This document shows positions 10,715-20,700 of a stretch of 64,000 bases of DNA, one piece after another. Source of the DNA: Propionibacteriaceae bacterium. Its GTDB lineage: Bacteria > Actinomycetota > Actinomycetes > Propionibacteriales > Propionibacteriaceae. Below the pieces are notes generated by a model. It was not told the origin of the DNA and made no database searches. It saw only the letters and a program-made list of their open reading frames with translations. The stretch covers positions 31,572 through 95,571 of the forward strand of contig JAISTQ010000005.1 of the NCBI GenBank assembly GCA_031272505.1. Direction: 5' to 3'. Within the stretch, counting starts at the first letter, position 1, and each line of letters starts with the position of its first letter. Position numbers and translations under genes: made by a program.

Positions 10715-12378
10715 TCACCGGGATCGGCGTGTCCGCCGGGGTGGCCATCGCCCCGATTGTGAAAGTGTCCCCGCCCGCCGGAGTGGATGCGGCGGAAGCC
10801 CCCACTACTGACGCGGCAGCCGCTGCGGCACAGGTGGCCCAGGCGTTGGCTGACGTGGCGGCGAGCTTACAGGCGCGCGCGGCGGCGGCCCCGGAGCATT
10901 CGAAGGCGGTGCTGGAGGCGGGTGCGATGATGGCGGCCGATCCGGGCTTGCAATCCAGCATCGAGGGCGAGTTGCAGGCGGGCAAAGGCGTGACGGCCGC
11001 GGTGGCGGACGCGGTGGGGGAGTACGCCAACATGTTTTTGGCCCTGGGCGGCTATATGGCCGAACGGGTGACGGATCTCTTCGACGTCCGGGATCGGGCG
11101 ATTGCCCGGTTGCGCGGGCTGCCGGAGCCGGGGATTCCCGATTTCGACACCCCGTCGATCCTGGTCGCCCATGATCTGGCGCCCGCCGAGACGGCGTTGC
11201 TGGATCCGGATTTGTGCGCGGGGATCGTCACCGCAGCCGGTGGGCCGACGTCACACACCGCGATCTTGGCCGCCCAGTTGGGGATTCCGGCGGTGGTGCA
11301 GGCGGCGGGCATCATGGATTTGGACGCGGGCACGGTGGTGGCCATTGACGGTTCCGCGGGCACGGTGGACGTCAATCCAAGCGAGCAGGCGCAGGCCGCA
11401 TTGCTGGATCGGCATCAGCGTCGGCAGGCGGCCATCTCGGACAGCACCGCCCCCGGAGCCACCAAAGACGGCCATCCGGTGGCTTTGTTGGCGAACATCG
11501 GGACGGTGGCGGACGCCCGGGCAGCGGCCGCGTTGCCCGTCGAAGGGGTGGGCCTGTTCCGCACCGAGTTCCTGTTCCTGGATCGGGATGACGCCCCCAG
11601 CATGGCCGAACAGGCGGCCACCTATGGCGAGGTCTTTGAGGCCTTCGCGGGCCGGAAGATCGTGGTGCGCACCCTGGATGCCGGAGCGGACAAGCCGTTG
11701 CGTTTCGCCGATCTCGGCCCGGAGGAGAATCCGGCCCTGGGGCGGCGCGGGCTGCGGCTGGGGATGATCCGCGAGGATCTGCTGGACGCCCAGTTGCGGG
11801 CTTTGGCCGTCGCCCAAAAGGGCACCGGGGCGGACGTCTGGGTGATGGCGCCGATGGTGGCGAACGTCACCGAGGCGAAGTGGTTTGCCGCGAAGGTCCG
11901 CGCGGCCGGGCTGCCGAAGGCGGGCGTGATGATCGAGATCCCCGCCGCCGCGATGCGGGCGCAGGACATCCTGGCCGAAGTGGATTTCGCCTCGATTGGC
12001 ACCAATGACTTGCAGCAGTACACCATGGCGGCCGACCGGATGGCGGGTGAGCTGGCCCGGCTGCTGCACTCCTGGGAGCCGGCCGTGTTAGACGTGATCG
12101 GGGCCGCCTGCGTCGGCGCCAAGGCGAACAGCAAGCCGATTGGCGTCTGTGGCGAGGCCGGAGGCGATCCCGCCTTGGCCCTGGTGTTGGTGGGCCTGGG
12201 GGTGACTAGCCTCTCGATGGCGCCGAAGAAAGCTCCAGCCGTCCGCACCGCGTTGGCGTTGCACACGCTTGAAGAATGCCAAGCTCTCGCCCATGTGGCC
12301 GCCGCCGCGTTCACCTGGGAGCAGGCCCGCAAAGCGGTGCTCGCCCGGGCGAACCCGGTGCTGGCTGACCTTATCTAA
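10711..12378 (+). CDS. ptsI: Phosphoenolpyruvate-protein phosphotransferase, PTS enzyme I
   Basis: 555 aa. 'GGPTSHTAILAAQLGIPAVV' phospho-His domain, a PEP-utilising TIM-barrel C-terminus and 'GTNDLQQY'. ATGA overlap with ptsH. Confidence 0.92.
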   Translation: MITGIGVSAGVAIAPIVKVSPPAGVDAAEAPTTDAAAAAAQVAQALADVAASLQARAAAAPEHSKAVLEAGAMMAADPGLQSSIEGELQAGKGVTAAVADAVGEYANMFLALGGYMAERVTDLFDVRDRAIARLRGLPEPGIPDFDTPSILVAHDLAPAETALLDPDLCAGIVTAAGGPTSHTAILAAQLGIPAVVQAAGIMDLDAGTVVAIDGSAGTVDVNPSEQAQAALLDRHQRRQAAISDSTAPGATKDGHPVALLANIGTVADARAAAALPVEGVGLFRTEFLFLDRDDAPSMAEQAATYGEVFEAFAGRKIVVRTLDAGADKPLRFADLGPEENPALGRRGLRLGMIREDLLDAQLRALAVAQKGTGADVWVMAPMVANVTEAKWFAAKVRAAGLPKAGVMIEIPAAAMRAQDILAEVDFASIGTNDLQQYTMAADRMAGELARLLHSWEPAVLDVIGAACVGAKANSKPIGVCGEAGGDPALALVLVGLGVTSLSMAPKKAPAVRTALALHTLEECQALAHVAAAAFTWEQARKAVLARANPVLADLI

Positions 12379-13430
12379 TCGAAGTAGACGACCGGCTTGA
12401 TCAGGTCGGGCGCCTTCTTGTCCATCAGTTCGAACGCCTCGGGCAGTTTGTCGAAGCCGTGGAAGCGGTGCGAGATGATCTGCGTCGGATCGATGCGGCC
12501 ATACTTTATCAAAGCCAGCAACTGGTTGATGCGGGTGGCGCCGCCGGGGCAGAACGAGCCGCGGATGTCCTTGTCGGCCATGCCCAGCCCCCAATCCAGC
12601 GCGGCCAGGTTGAGCTGGTCGGCGCAATCGAAGTAGTTCACGTTGGAGATGATGCCGTTCGCGTGGGTGGCGCGCACGGCCGCGGTGTACGTCTCGCCGT
12701 TGCCGCCAGCGATGATCGTCTTGTCCGCCCCGCCATGGGTGAGCTCGATGATCTGCTTGTCGACCGGGCCGTCCTTGTACGAGATGATTTCCGTCGCCCC
12801 ATATTCGCGGGCCACCTCAATCGCCTTCGGCCGGGTACCCACCGCGATGATCCGGCCCGCGCCCTTCAGCGCCGCACCGGCAATCGCCATCAGCCCGATT
12901 GGCCCGATACCGATCACCACTACCGTCTCGCCGTATTGCACTTCGGCCAACTCCACGCCGTGGAAGCCGGTGGACATCATGTCGACCGTCATCAGCGCCG
13001 CCTCCGGGGACACCCCTGCGGGCAGCGGGGACAGGTTCGCGTCCGCGTGGTTCACGTGGAAGAACTCGGCCATGGTGCCGTCCTTTTGGCCCATCAGCTT
13101 GAACGAGCCGAACGGCTTGGCGTCGTGGCTGAAAGTGCGGGAGTTCTGCACGCCGGGGGCCAGCCAGTCGGGCGTCACACAGGGGACCACCACATAGTCG
13201 CCGGGGGCGAAGCGGGTGACCAGCTCGCCTACCGAATCCACGATGCCGACCGCCTCATGGCCGAGGATGCGATCCACCTTCGGGCCGGAGCCGCCATGCG
13301 CGGTGTGGGTGTCGGAGCTGCAGGGGGCGATGATCGTCGGCTTGATGATGGCGTCGAGAGGGCCGGCGACCGGCTTTTCCTTCTCGATCCAGCCGACGTC
13401 GTTGATCTTGCGCATACCGAATCCGCGCAT
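12375..13430 (-). CDS. Zinc-dependent NAD(P)-dependent alcohol dehydrogenase (medium-chain, secondary-ADH-like)
   Basis: 'GHEAVGIVDSVG' zinc-binding signature and 'GIGPIGLMAIAGAALKGAGRIIAV' Rossmann motif. Convergent 4-nt overlap with ptsI. Confidence 0.85.
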   Translation of the reverse strand: MRGFGMRKINDVGWIEKEKPVAGPLDAIIKPTIIAPCSSDTHTAHGGSGPKVDRILGHEAVGIVDSVGELVTRFAPGDYVVVPCVTPDWLAPGVQNSRTFSHDAKPFGSFKLMGQKDGTMAEFFHVNHADANLSPLPAGVSPEAALMTVDMMSTGFHGVELAEVQYGETVVVIGIGPIGLMAIAGAALKGAGRIIAVGTRPKAIEVAREYGATEIISYKDGPVDKQIIELTHGGADKTIIAGGNGETYTAAVRATHANGIISNVNYFDCADQLNLAALDWGLGMADKDIRGSFCPGGATRINQLLALIKYGRIDPTQIISHRFHGFDKLPEAFELMDKKAPDLIKPVVYFD

Positions 13431-13519
13431 AGTTACTCCTTACATGTAAAGACTTGTCTAAACGACTTTACCGGATAGACCCCAACGGATCTCTTGCGTT
13501 GTTTTTCGGTAGTTTGAGT

Positions 13520-13747
13520 TCAGGTCAGATGCTCTTCGATGCGCAGCGCTCCGGACGGACAAGTGGCCACCACCGCGCGCAGTTTGTCCGCCAGTTCGTC
13601 AGTATTCGCGTACTCCGCGTTGATCCACGGCCGGGCCTTGGTGTTGAACACCTCCGGGAACCCGTGCACGCACTTGGCGGCATGTTGGCACACTTCCAAA
13701 TCGAAAGACACATCGACCTTCGGGCCGGTGTAAAGTTTGCGGGCCAT
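13520..13747 (-). CDS. YjdI/DUF1271-family divergent 4Fe-4S mono-cluster protein
   Basis: About 75 aa: 'MARKLYTGPKVDVSFDLEVCQHAAKCVHGFPEVFNTKARPWINAE...CPSGALRIEE'; Cys pattern of the YjdI family. Confidence 0.65.
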   Translation of the reverse strand: MARKLYTGPKVDVSFDLEVCQHAAKCVHGFPEVFNTKARPWINAEYANTDELADKLRAVVATCPSGALRIEEHLT

Positions 13748-13809
13748 TCCAACCTCCTTCAATCGACTATGACCAGCCTACGTCGCACTCCACTATTTCG
13801 CTGGCTTTT

Positions 13810-16431
13810 CTAGTGGACGCGGCGGACGCCCCAGATTTCTTCGATGTATTGGCGCATGGCGCGGTCGGAGGAGAAGAAGCCGCAGCGGGCGACGTTCAAG
13901 ATGGCGGAGCGGGTCCAGGCTTCTTCGTCGAGGTAGTACTGGGAGACTTTCGCCTGCGTATCAAGGTAGGCCTGGTAATCGGCCAAGGCCAGGAAGCGAT
14001 CTTCGTAGAGCAGATTCGAGATGATCGGGGTGAAGGCGTCCTTGTTGCCGTCGGAGAAATGGCCGGAGGCGATGAGATCGATGGCGGCCTTGAGCGTCTG
14101 GTTGGCCTCGTAGTACTCGTGCGGGGTGTAGCCACGGCTGATCAGCGCCTCCACCTCGGGTTCGCGCATCCCGAAGAGGAAGAAGTGCTCGTCACCCACG
14201 AGTTTGCGGATCTCGACGTTCGCGCCGTCCTCGGTGCCAATCGTCAACGCGCCATTCAGGGCGAACTTCATATTGCCGGTGCCGGAGGCCTCCTTGCCGG
14301 CCAACGAAATCTGCTCGGAGAGATCGGCCGCCGGGATGAGCCGCTCGGCCAGCATCACGTTGTAGTTCGCCGGGAAGGCGACCTGCATGATGCCCTTCAC
14401 CTTCGGATCGGAGTTGATCTTCTTGGCCACCTGGTTGATCAGGTAGATCGTCTCCTTGGCGATGCGGTAGCCGGGTGCGGCCTTGGCACCGAAGATATAG
14501 GTGCGGGGCGTCACCTCGCTGGGCGAGATCTTGCCGGTGATCAACTGCTCATAGACGGTGACGATGTGCAGCAGTTTGAGGCTCTGCCGCTTGTACTCGT
14601 GCAGGCGTTTCACCATCACGTCAAGCAGGTGGCCGCCGTCGAGATCGATACCGTCGCGCACCCGGAGCAGATCGAACAGGCGCTGCTTGTTGGCGGACTT
14701 CACCTTGCGGAACGCGGAGCGGAACTCCGGATCTTCGGCGTAGGGCTCCAGCTCTTGCAGCCGCTCCAGATCCGTCAACCAGCCGACGCCGATGGCATCG
14801 GTGATCAAGGTGGAGAGATTCGGGTTGGCGAGCCGGATGAAACGCCGTGGGGTGACGCCGTTGGTGACGTTCGTAAACCGATCGGGGTAGAGCTGCGAGA
14901 AATCGGGCAGCACCTTGTCGCGCAGCAACTGGCTGTGCAGCTCGGCGACGCCGTTCACCTTTACCCCGGCGACGGTGGCCAGGTAGGCCATCCGGACTTG
15001 CCGGTGGTCCCCGGAGGTGACGATGGACATCCGCTGCGCGCGGGCCTCGTCATTCGGGAAGGCCTTGCGGACCTGGGCGAGGAAGGTGTCGTTGATCTGG
15101 CAGATGATCTCGAAATGACGCGGCAGCAGGCGGCTGAGCAGCTCGGCCGGCCAGACCTCCAGCGCCTCGGGCAGCAGCGTGTGGCAGGTGTAGGCGAAGC
15201 ACTGCTTGGTGGTGTTCCAGGCGTCGTCAAACTCCCAACCGTGCTCGTCCACCAGGATGCGCACCAGCTCGGGGACGGCGATCACCGGGTGGGTGTCGTT
15301 GAGCTGGAAGATGACCCGATCCGGCAGCGTGTGCAGATCGACGTTGGGGCCCAGCTCGTCCCGGATGAAATTCTTCAACGAGCACGCGGCGAAGAAGTAC
15401 TGCTGCTGCAAGCGCAGTTCCTTGCCCTGCGGGGTGGAATCCTCCGGGTAGAGCACCTTGGTGATGTTTTCCGCGAAGGTCTGCGAGCGGACCGCCTCCA
15501 CGTAATCCCCGGCGTTGAAAATGGCGAGATCGAAGGCCTTGGTAGCCGTTGCGCTCCAGAGTCGCAACGTGTTTACGCGGCCGTTCTGATAGCCGGGCAC
15601 CATGTAGTTGTACGGGACGCCCATCACATTCCAGGCGGGCAGCCAGCGCACCCGCTCGGTGCCGTTTTCGTCAAAATAATGCTCGGTGCTGCCGCCGAAA
15701 TTCACCTGGACGGCCGCCTCCGGGTGCGGGAACTCCCACGGCATCCCGAGGCTGAGCCAGGTGTCGGCCTGCTCGACCTGCCGCCCGTCCACGAACGTCT
15801 GCTTGAAGATGCCGTACTCGTAGCGGATGCCGTAGCCGATGCAGGGGACGCTCATCGTCGCCAGCGAATCCAGGAAACAGGCGGCCAAGCGCCCCAAGCC
15901 GCCGTTGCCCAAACCGGGCTCCACCTCCTGGCTGCGCAGCATCGTCAAATTCAAGCCGCAGCCGTCCAACGCCTTGCGGGCGACCTCGGTCAAATCTGTA
16001 GCTAACAGGGCATTGCCGAGCTGCCGGCCGAGCAAATACTCGGCGCTGAGGTAGGCCACCGTCTTCGCGTTTTCCTCGCGATAGCGGCGGCCCGTCTCCA
16101 GCCAGCGGGCCATCAGATAGTTCCGCACGGTGCGGGCGAGGGCGAGGTATTGGTCGTTGATTGACGAGCGGGAGAGGGCGACGCCCTGATCCGTGTTTAA
16201 TTCGTGTAAAAACTCGCGGACGAAGCCGTCCACCGAGTGTGGCGGGGAGGTGACAGGGGCCAAAGCCACCGGGTGAGACGGCTTCTTCATGGGCCCAACC
16301 CGACCGGTGCCCATCGAGGGCGCGCCGTCGGCAGGCAGATCGTCAGCCGTCAGACTGGGCTCGAAAAACTCGTACTCGCTCACCCAAATAAGGCTACCGT
16401 TTGTGAGAGCAATGGTCTGACATTTCACCAT
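13810..16431 (-). CDS. glgP: Glycogen/alpha-glucan phosphorylase
   Basis: PLP-site 'EASGTGNMKFALNGALTIGTEDGANVEI' and GT35-wide similarity. The maximal ORF is shown; the true start is probably Met40 or Met48 (about 16314 or 16290). Confidence 0.9.
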   Translation of the reverse strand: MVKCQTIALTNGSLIWVSEYEFFEPSLTADDLPADGAPSMGTGRVGPMKKPSHPVALAPVTSPPHSVDGFVREFLHELNTDQGVALSRSSINDQYLALARTVRNYLMARWLETGRRYREENAKTVAYLSAEYLLGRQLGNALLATDLTEVARKALDGCGLNLTMLRSQEVEPGLGNGGLGRLAACFLDSLATMSVPCIGYGIRYEYGIFKQTFVDGRQVEQADTWLSLGMPWEFPHPEAAVQVNFGGSTEHYFDENGTERVRWLPAWNVMGVPYNYMVPGYQNGRVNTLRLWSATATKAFDLAIFNAGDYVEAVRSQTFAENITKVLYPEDSTPQGKELRLQQQYFFAACSLKNFIRDELGPNVDLHTLPDRVIFQLNDTHPVIAVPELVRILVDEHGWEFDDAWNTTKQCFAYTCHTLLPEALEVWPAELLSRLLPRHFEIICQINDTFLAQVRKAFPNDEARAQRMSIVTSGDHRQVRMAYLATVAGVKVNGVAELHSQLLRDKVLPDFSQLYPDRFTNVTNGVTPRRFIRLANPNLSTLITDAIGVGWLTDLERLQELEPYAEDPEFRSAFRKVKSANKQRLFDLLRVRDGIDLDGGHLLDVMVKRLHEYKRQSLKLLHIVTVYEQLITGKISPSEVTPRTYIFGAKAAPGYRIAKETIYLINQVAKKINSDPKVKGIMQVAFPANYNVMLAERLIPAADLSEQISLAGKEASGTGNMKFALNGALTIGTEDGANVEIRKLVGDEHFFLFGMREPEVEALISRGYTPHEYYEANQTLKAAIDLIASGHFSDGNKDAFTPIISNLLYEDRFLALADYQAYLDTQAKVSQYYLDEEAWTRSAILNVARCGFFSSDRAMRQYIEEIWGVRRVH

Positions 16432-16462
16432 TCGCGGGCACTCTCTGGTTAGGCTTTACCCA

Positions 16463-17677
16463 ATGGACACCACACCACGCCGTCATCGATTCAACTGGGT
16501 CTGGGGCCCGGCGTTCGTGGCGGCCATCGCGTATGTCGATCCGGGCAATGTGGCGGCCAACCTGAGCGCCGGCGCCGAATATGGCTACCTGCTGGTATGG
16601 GTGCTGGTGATGGCGAACGTGATGGCGATGCTGGTGCAATATCTGAGCGCGAAACTGGGTTTGGTTACGCAAAAGAGCCTCCCGGAACTGCTTGGGGAGC
16701 GGATGCGCAAGGCGCCCCGGCTGCTGTTTTGGGGACAGGCGGAGCTGGTGGCGGCGGCGACGGATCTGGCCGAGGTGATCGGCGGGGCGATCGCGCTGAA
16801 GATTCTTTTCGGGCTGCCGCTGCTGCTCGGCGGGGTGATCATCGGGGTGGTTTCGATGGGTTTGCTGGCGGTGCAGAACCGCCGCGGTGAAAAGAGTTTC
16901 GAATTTGTGGTGATCGGTTTACTGCTGATAATCACCATCGGGTTCGTGGCGGGCCTGTTTGTCTCACATGTTGATTGGCTGCAGGCGGCCGAGGGCGTGC
17001 TGCCGCGTTTTGACGGGACGGAGTCGGTGCTGCTGGCGGCGTCGATGCTGGGGGCGACGGTGATGCCGCACGCCATCTACGTCCATTCCGCGTTGACGAC
17101 CGAGCAGGCCGGGCACGAAGGCCGCAAGGCGCTGCCCCGGATGCTCCGGGTGACCCGCTGGGACGTCTTCGCCTCGATGCTGGTGGCGGGGGCCGTCAAC
17201 ATCGCGATGCTGCTGCTGGCGGCGGCGACGCTGCGCGGGCAGACCGGCACCGATTCCATCGAGGGGGCGTGGGAGGCGATCAACAACACCCTCGGCCCGG
17301 CGGTCGGCGTGCTCTTCGGGATCGGGCTGCTGGCCTCCGGCCTGGCCTCGACGTCGGTGGGCACCTTCGCGGGCGCGACCATCATGTCCGGCCTGCTGCG
17401 CGCCAAAGTGCCGCTGCTGGTGATGCGCCTGATCACCCTCGTCCCCGCGCTGGCGATCCTCGCCATCGACATCTCGCCCACCTGGGCGCTGGTGATTTCG
17501 CAGGTCTTCCTCTCCTTCGGCATCCCCTTCGCGCTCATCCCGCTGGTGGTGCTCACCTCGCAACGCAAAACCATGGGCCGCTTCGCCAACTCCATCCACC
17601 TGCAAGTCTTGGCCTGGATCGTGGTCGCCGCCATCGTCGCCCTCAACGTGCTGCTGATCATCCTCTCGTTTACGTAG
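16463..17677 (+). CDS. mntH: NRAMP-family divalent metal (Mn2+/Fe2+) transporter
   Basis: 'GPAFVAAIAYVDPGNVAANLSAGAEYGY' NRAMP signature and 'ATVMPHAIYVHSAL' consensus transport motif; about 11 TM segments. Confidence 0.9.
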   Translation: MDTTPRRHRFNWVWGPAFVAAIAYVDPGNVAANLSAGAEYGYLLVWVLVMANVMAMLVQYLSAKLGLVTQKSLPELLGERMRKAPRLLFWGQAELVAAATDLAEVIGGAIALKILFGLPLLLGGVIIGVVSMGLLAVQNRRGEKSFEFVVIGLLLIITIGFVAGLFVSHVDWLQAAEGVLPRFDGTESVLLAASMLGATVMPHAIYVHSALTTEQAGHEGRKALPRMLRVTRWDVFASMLVAGAVNIAMLLLAAATLRGQTGTDSIEGAWEAINNTLGPAVGVLFGIGLLASGLASTSVGTFAGATIMSGLLRAKVPLLVMRLITLVPALAILAIDISPTWALVISQVFLSFGIPFALIPLVVLTSQRKTMGRFANSIHLQVLAWIVVAAIVALNVLLIILSFT

Positions 17678-17680
17678 CAA

Positions 17681-17708
17681 GGCTGCCCCCCTGGTGAGGG
17701 AGGCAGCC
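17681..17708. terminator. GC-rich hairpin (GGCTGCCCCC...GGGAGGCAGCC) between the convergent mntH and GH3 genes
   Basis: Inverted repeat immediately after the mntH stop (17675-17677) and before the minus-strand gene stop (17728). No clear U-tract. Confidence 0.45.
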
Positions 17709-17727
17709 CTGCCTATGCACTTGTGTA

Positions 17728-20700
17728 CTACTTGACTTTCTTCGAAGTCTTGACGGCGGAGACCGGCGAATAGTACTTCACCTTGGAGACCGTCTTGTAG
17801 GACTGGACGCGGACCTGATAGGTCTTGCCCTTCGTCAGCTTCTTGATCACCAGCGAAGCCTTGGACTTCGCGACCGTCTTCGACTTCCAGGCGGTGGTGC
17901 CCTTCACCCGATAGGTGATCCGATAGCCCGTCACCGCCTGCGCGGCGGAGGCTTTCTTCCAAGCGACCTTCAGCTGCTTCTTGCCCACGGTGAGCGTCGG
18001 CGCGGCGAGCTTCTTCGGCAGAATCTTGAACGTCACGGTCTTGGTGCCCGCATACGCGCCCTTGCCGGTGATCGTCACCGTGCCCTTGCCGATGGCCTTG
18101 TTCGCGCCGGTCGACGTGATGGTGTAATCCGTCCCGACAACCAGCTTCTTGCCCGCCACCGTCAAGGTGAACCCGGAGGAGATCTTCTTGCCCGTCCAGG
18201 CTTTCGCCGCGGCGGTGACCGTCACCGACGACAACTGCGTCGGCGCGGACGCCTGGGCGACCGGCACCAGCGAGGCGATCGCCACCGAGAGATTGGTGAG
18301 CGCCGCCTGGAGTTGCTCAGCCGTCGAGTTCGGATTGGCGAGGACGGCTTTGGCCGCCTGCAATGCCGCCTCATAGGCCGCATATGACGGGGCGGTGTAG
18401 CCCGCCGAGGCGACCGGCGTCACCAGCAAGCTGGCCAACGCGCCACGTACCGTAGCCGGATCGGACGCGCTCGCCCCGCCGGCGGTGACCGTGATCGTCG
18501 CGGCGGCCGACTGATAGACGCCGTCGCGCACCGAGACCACGGTGACGCGCACCTGCCCGGCCTTGGCGGCCGTCAACACGCCCGCGCTGGTGACCGATGC
18601 GCCCGCGGTGTTGGTGTCCATCGGGGCGATGGAGTAGGTGTACTCCGCGCCCCAAGCCGCCGGGACCAGATCGGCGAGCAACTGGTATCCGCCCTTGGCG
18701 TCACCCAAGGTGACCGTCTGGTCGGGGAAGCGGACTTGCTCAGCCTGGATCACGGTGTGGGTGGCATCATCGGACACGTAGGCGCCGTCATAGACCACCA
18801 CCGGGAAGGTGTCGGACTTGGTGGAGCCGTCAGCCGTCACCGCGGCGGTGATTTGCGCCACGCCCGCCGAAATCGGAGCCACCGCGCCGTTGGCGTCAAC
18901 CTGGGCGACTGCCGGGTTCGACGAGGTGTAGGTGACCGTCACCGCAGACAAGTCGTAGAACGACTGGTCAGTGCGGGTCGCGGACAGGTTGGCGTGGATG
19001 ACGTTGCCGGGCGCGGCGGTGTTCAGCGTGGTCCCGTCGGGGACGACGGTCACCACGTCGAGGGCTGGCGCCAGCGTGCCGGACAGGTTGATGGTGGTGG
19101 TCAGCCCATTGTGTGCGGTGACCGGATCAACTACCGAGGACGTGCCGACTTGGAGCGTCCAAGCGCCCACGTCATACGTCCGCTTGCCCGCCACCGAATC
19201 CCAGAACCAGAGATCCGCGATGTCGAGCGGGATGGTGATCGTCTTCGTCTCATTGGCGGCGAACTCGACCTTCTGGAAGCCCTTCAGCTGCTTGTCCGCG
19301 CGCAGCGGATCGCCGGCCTTCGGGGAGGTGGCGTAGAGCTGGATGACTTCCTTGCCGGCCCGGCTGGAGTTGTTGGTGACGTTCACCGAGACCGTGATCG
19401 AATCGTTGGGCGTCACCGCCGTCTTCGACACCACCAGGTTGGAGTAGGTGAACGTCGAATATGACAGGCCATGGCCGAAGGGGTACGTCACCGGCCCAGT
19501 GAAGTACTGGTAGGTGCGGCCCAGCCGACCGTCAGTCGGGGTCAAGGTGTAATCGGTCGTCTCCCGCAGGTCGCGCACCGGATCTTCATAGTAGGTGAAG
19601 GGCAGCTTACCGCTCGGGTTGACGTCGCCCCAGAGCACCTCGGGGACGGTGTCCGCCTGATACTCGCCGTTGTACGTCGTCCAAATGATGGCCTTGCAGT
19701 TCTGGAACGGGGCGGTATCCACCTGGCCGACCGCCTGAATCCACACGATGGTGTTCGGGTTGAGGGCGCAAGCCTCATGGGCGATGTCCGACTGGAAGCG
19801 GGGCAACGCGATGGTCTTGCGATCCTGCTCTTCGGCCGAGTCCGAGGACTTGGTGGCCGTTGAGGTGCGGGTGCCCACATAGGCGATCACCGCGTCCGCG
19901 CTGCTGACGGCCGAGATGAGGGCCGGCTGCGCGTTGGCACCCAGGAAGGAGCCCACCGGCGTGGCATTGCGGTACTGGATGCGAATCCGCACCGTTTGCG
20001 CCGCCGCCGTGGGGCTGCCCAGGTTGATCGCCGCCGTGGTGGACGGGATGACCGAATAGCCGCTGGTGGTTTCGCCGACGTTGCTCTGCGGGGTGGTGCC
20101 CACGGAGGCCAAAGTGGCGGTGCTGGCACCGATTTGGATGTCGTAGTAGCCGCCCGGAGTTGGCGGGCCGCCGTACTGCTGCAAGCGGATGTACTGGGTG
20201 CCCGCCGGAATCGTGCCGGTGAACTCGACATAGCCTTCGATGGCGTCGCCGACGCCGACGAAGGAGCGGAAGCCGCCGCCCCAGATGGTCGCGCCTTGCT
20301 CATACCCGTCGAGCACTGCGGTGCCGGTGGCCTGCATCTGCTGCGCGGTGATCGCCCCAATGGCGGTAGGCGTCGGCGGGACGTCCGGATCGGCGCTGAA
20401 GAACTGAAGGCCGCCAATGGCGGGCTTGCCGGGCTCCTGCATCGCCGGGCTGTAGGTGACGTTGGCCGCGCCCAGCTTGTCCTCCAAGGCCACCTTGACG
20501 GTGCGGTTCACCAGATCAGCCGGGACAGTGGTGGGCGAATAGTCGCCGTGGACCAACTCGTCGCCAAACTCGCCGAGGAGCACCACGTTGGTGTCGGAGG
20601 CCGCGAGCGGGAGGATGCCGTCATTCTTCAACAGGACCACGCCCTCCTGGGAGGCCTGCTTGGCGACCGCGCGGTGTTCGGACGTCGAAATCTGGTTGCT

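Noticed and set aside
13813-16005. 730-aa plus-strand ORF
   Set aside because: Antisense to glycogen phosphorylase; Gly/Arg/Asp-rich artefact.
16290-16431. N-terminal 47-aa extension of glgP (MVKCQTIALTNG...)
   Set aside because: Not phosphorylase-like and no RBS evident. An internal Met (about 16290 or 16314) is a more plausible start. The maximal ORF is still reported because the start is unresolved.
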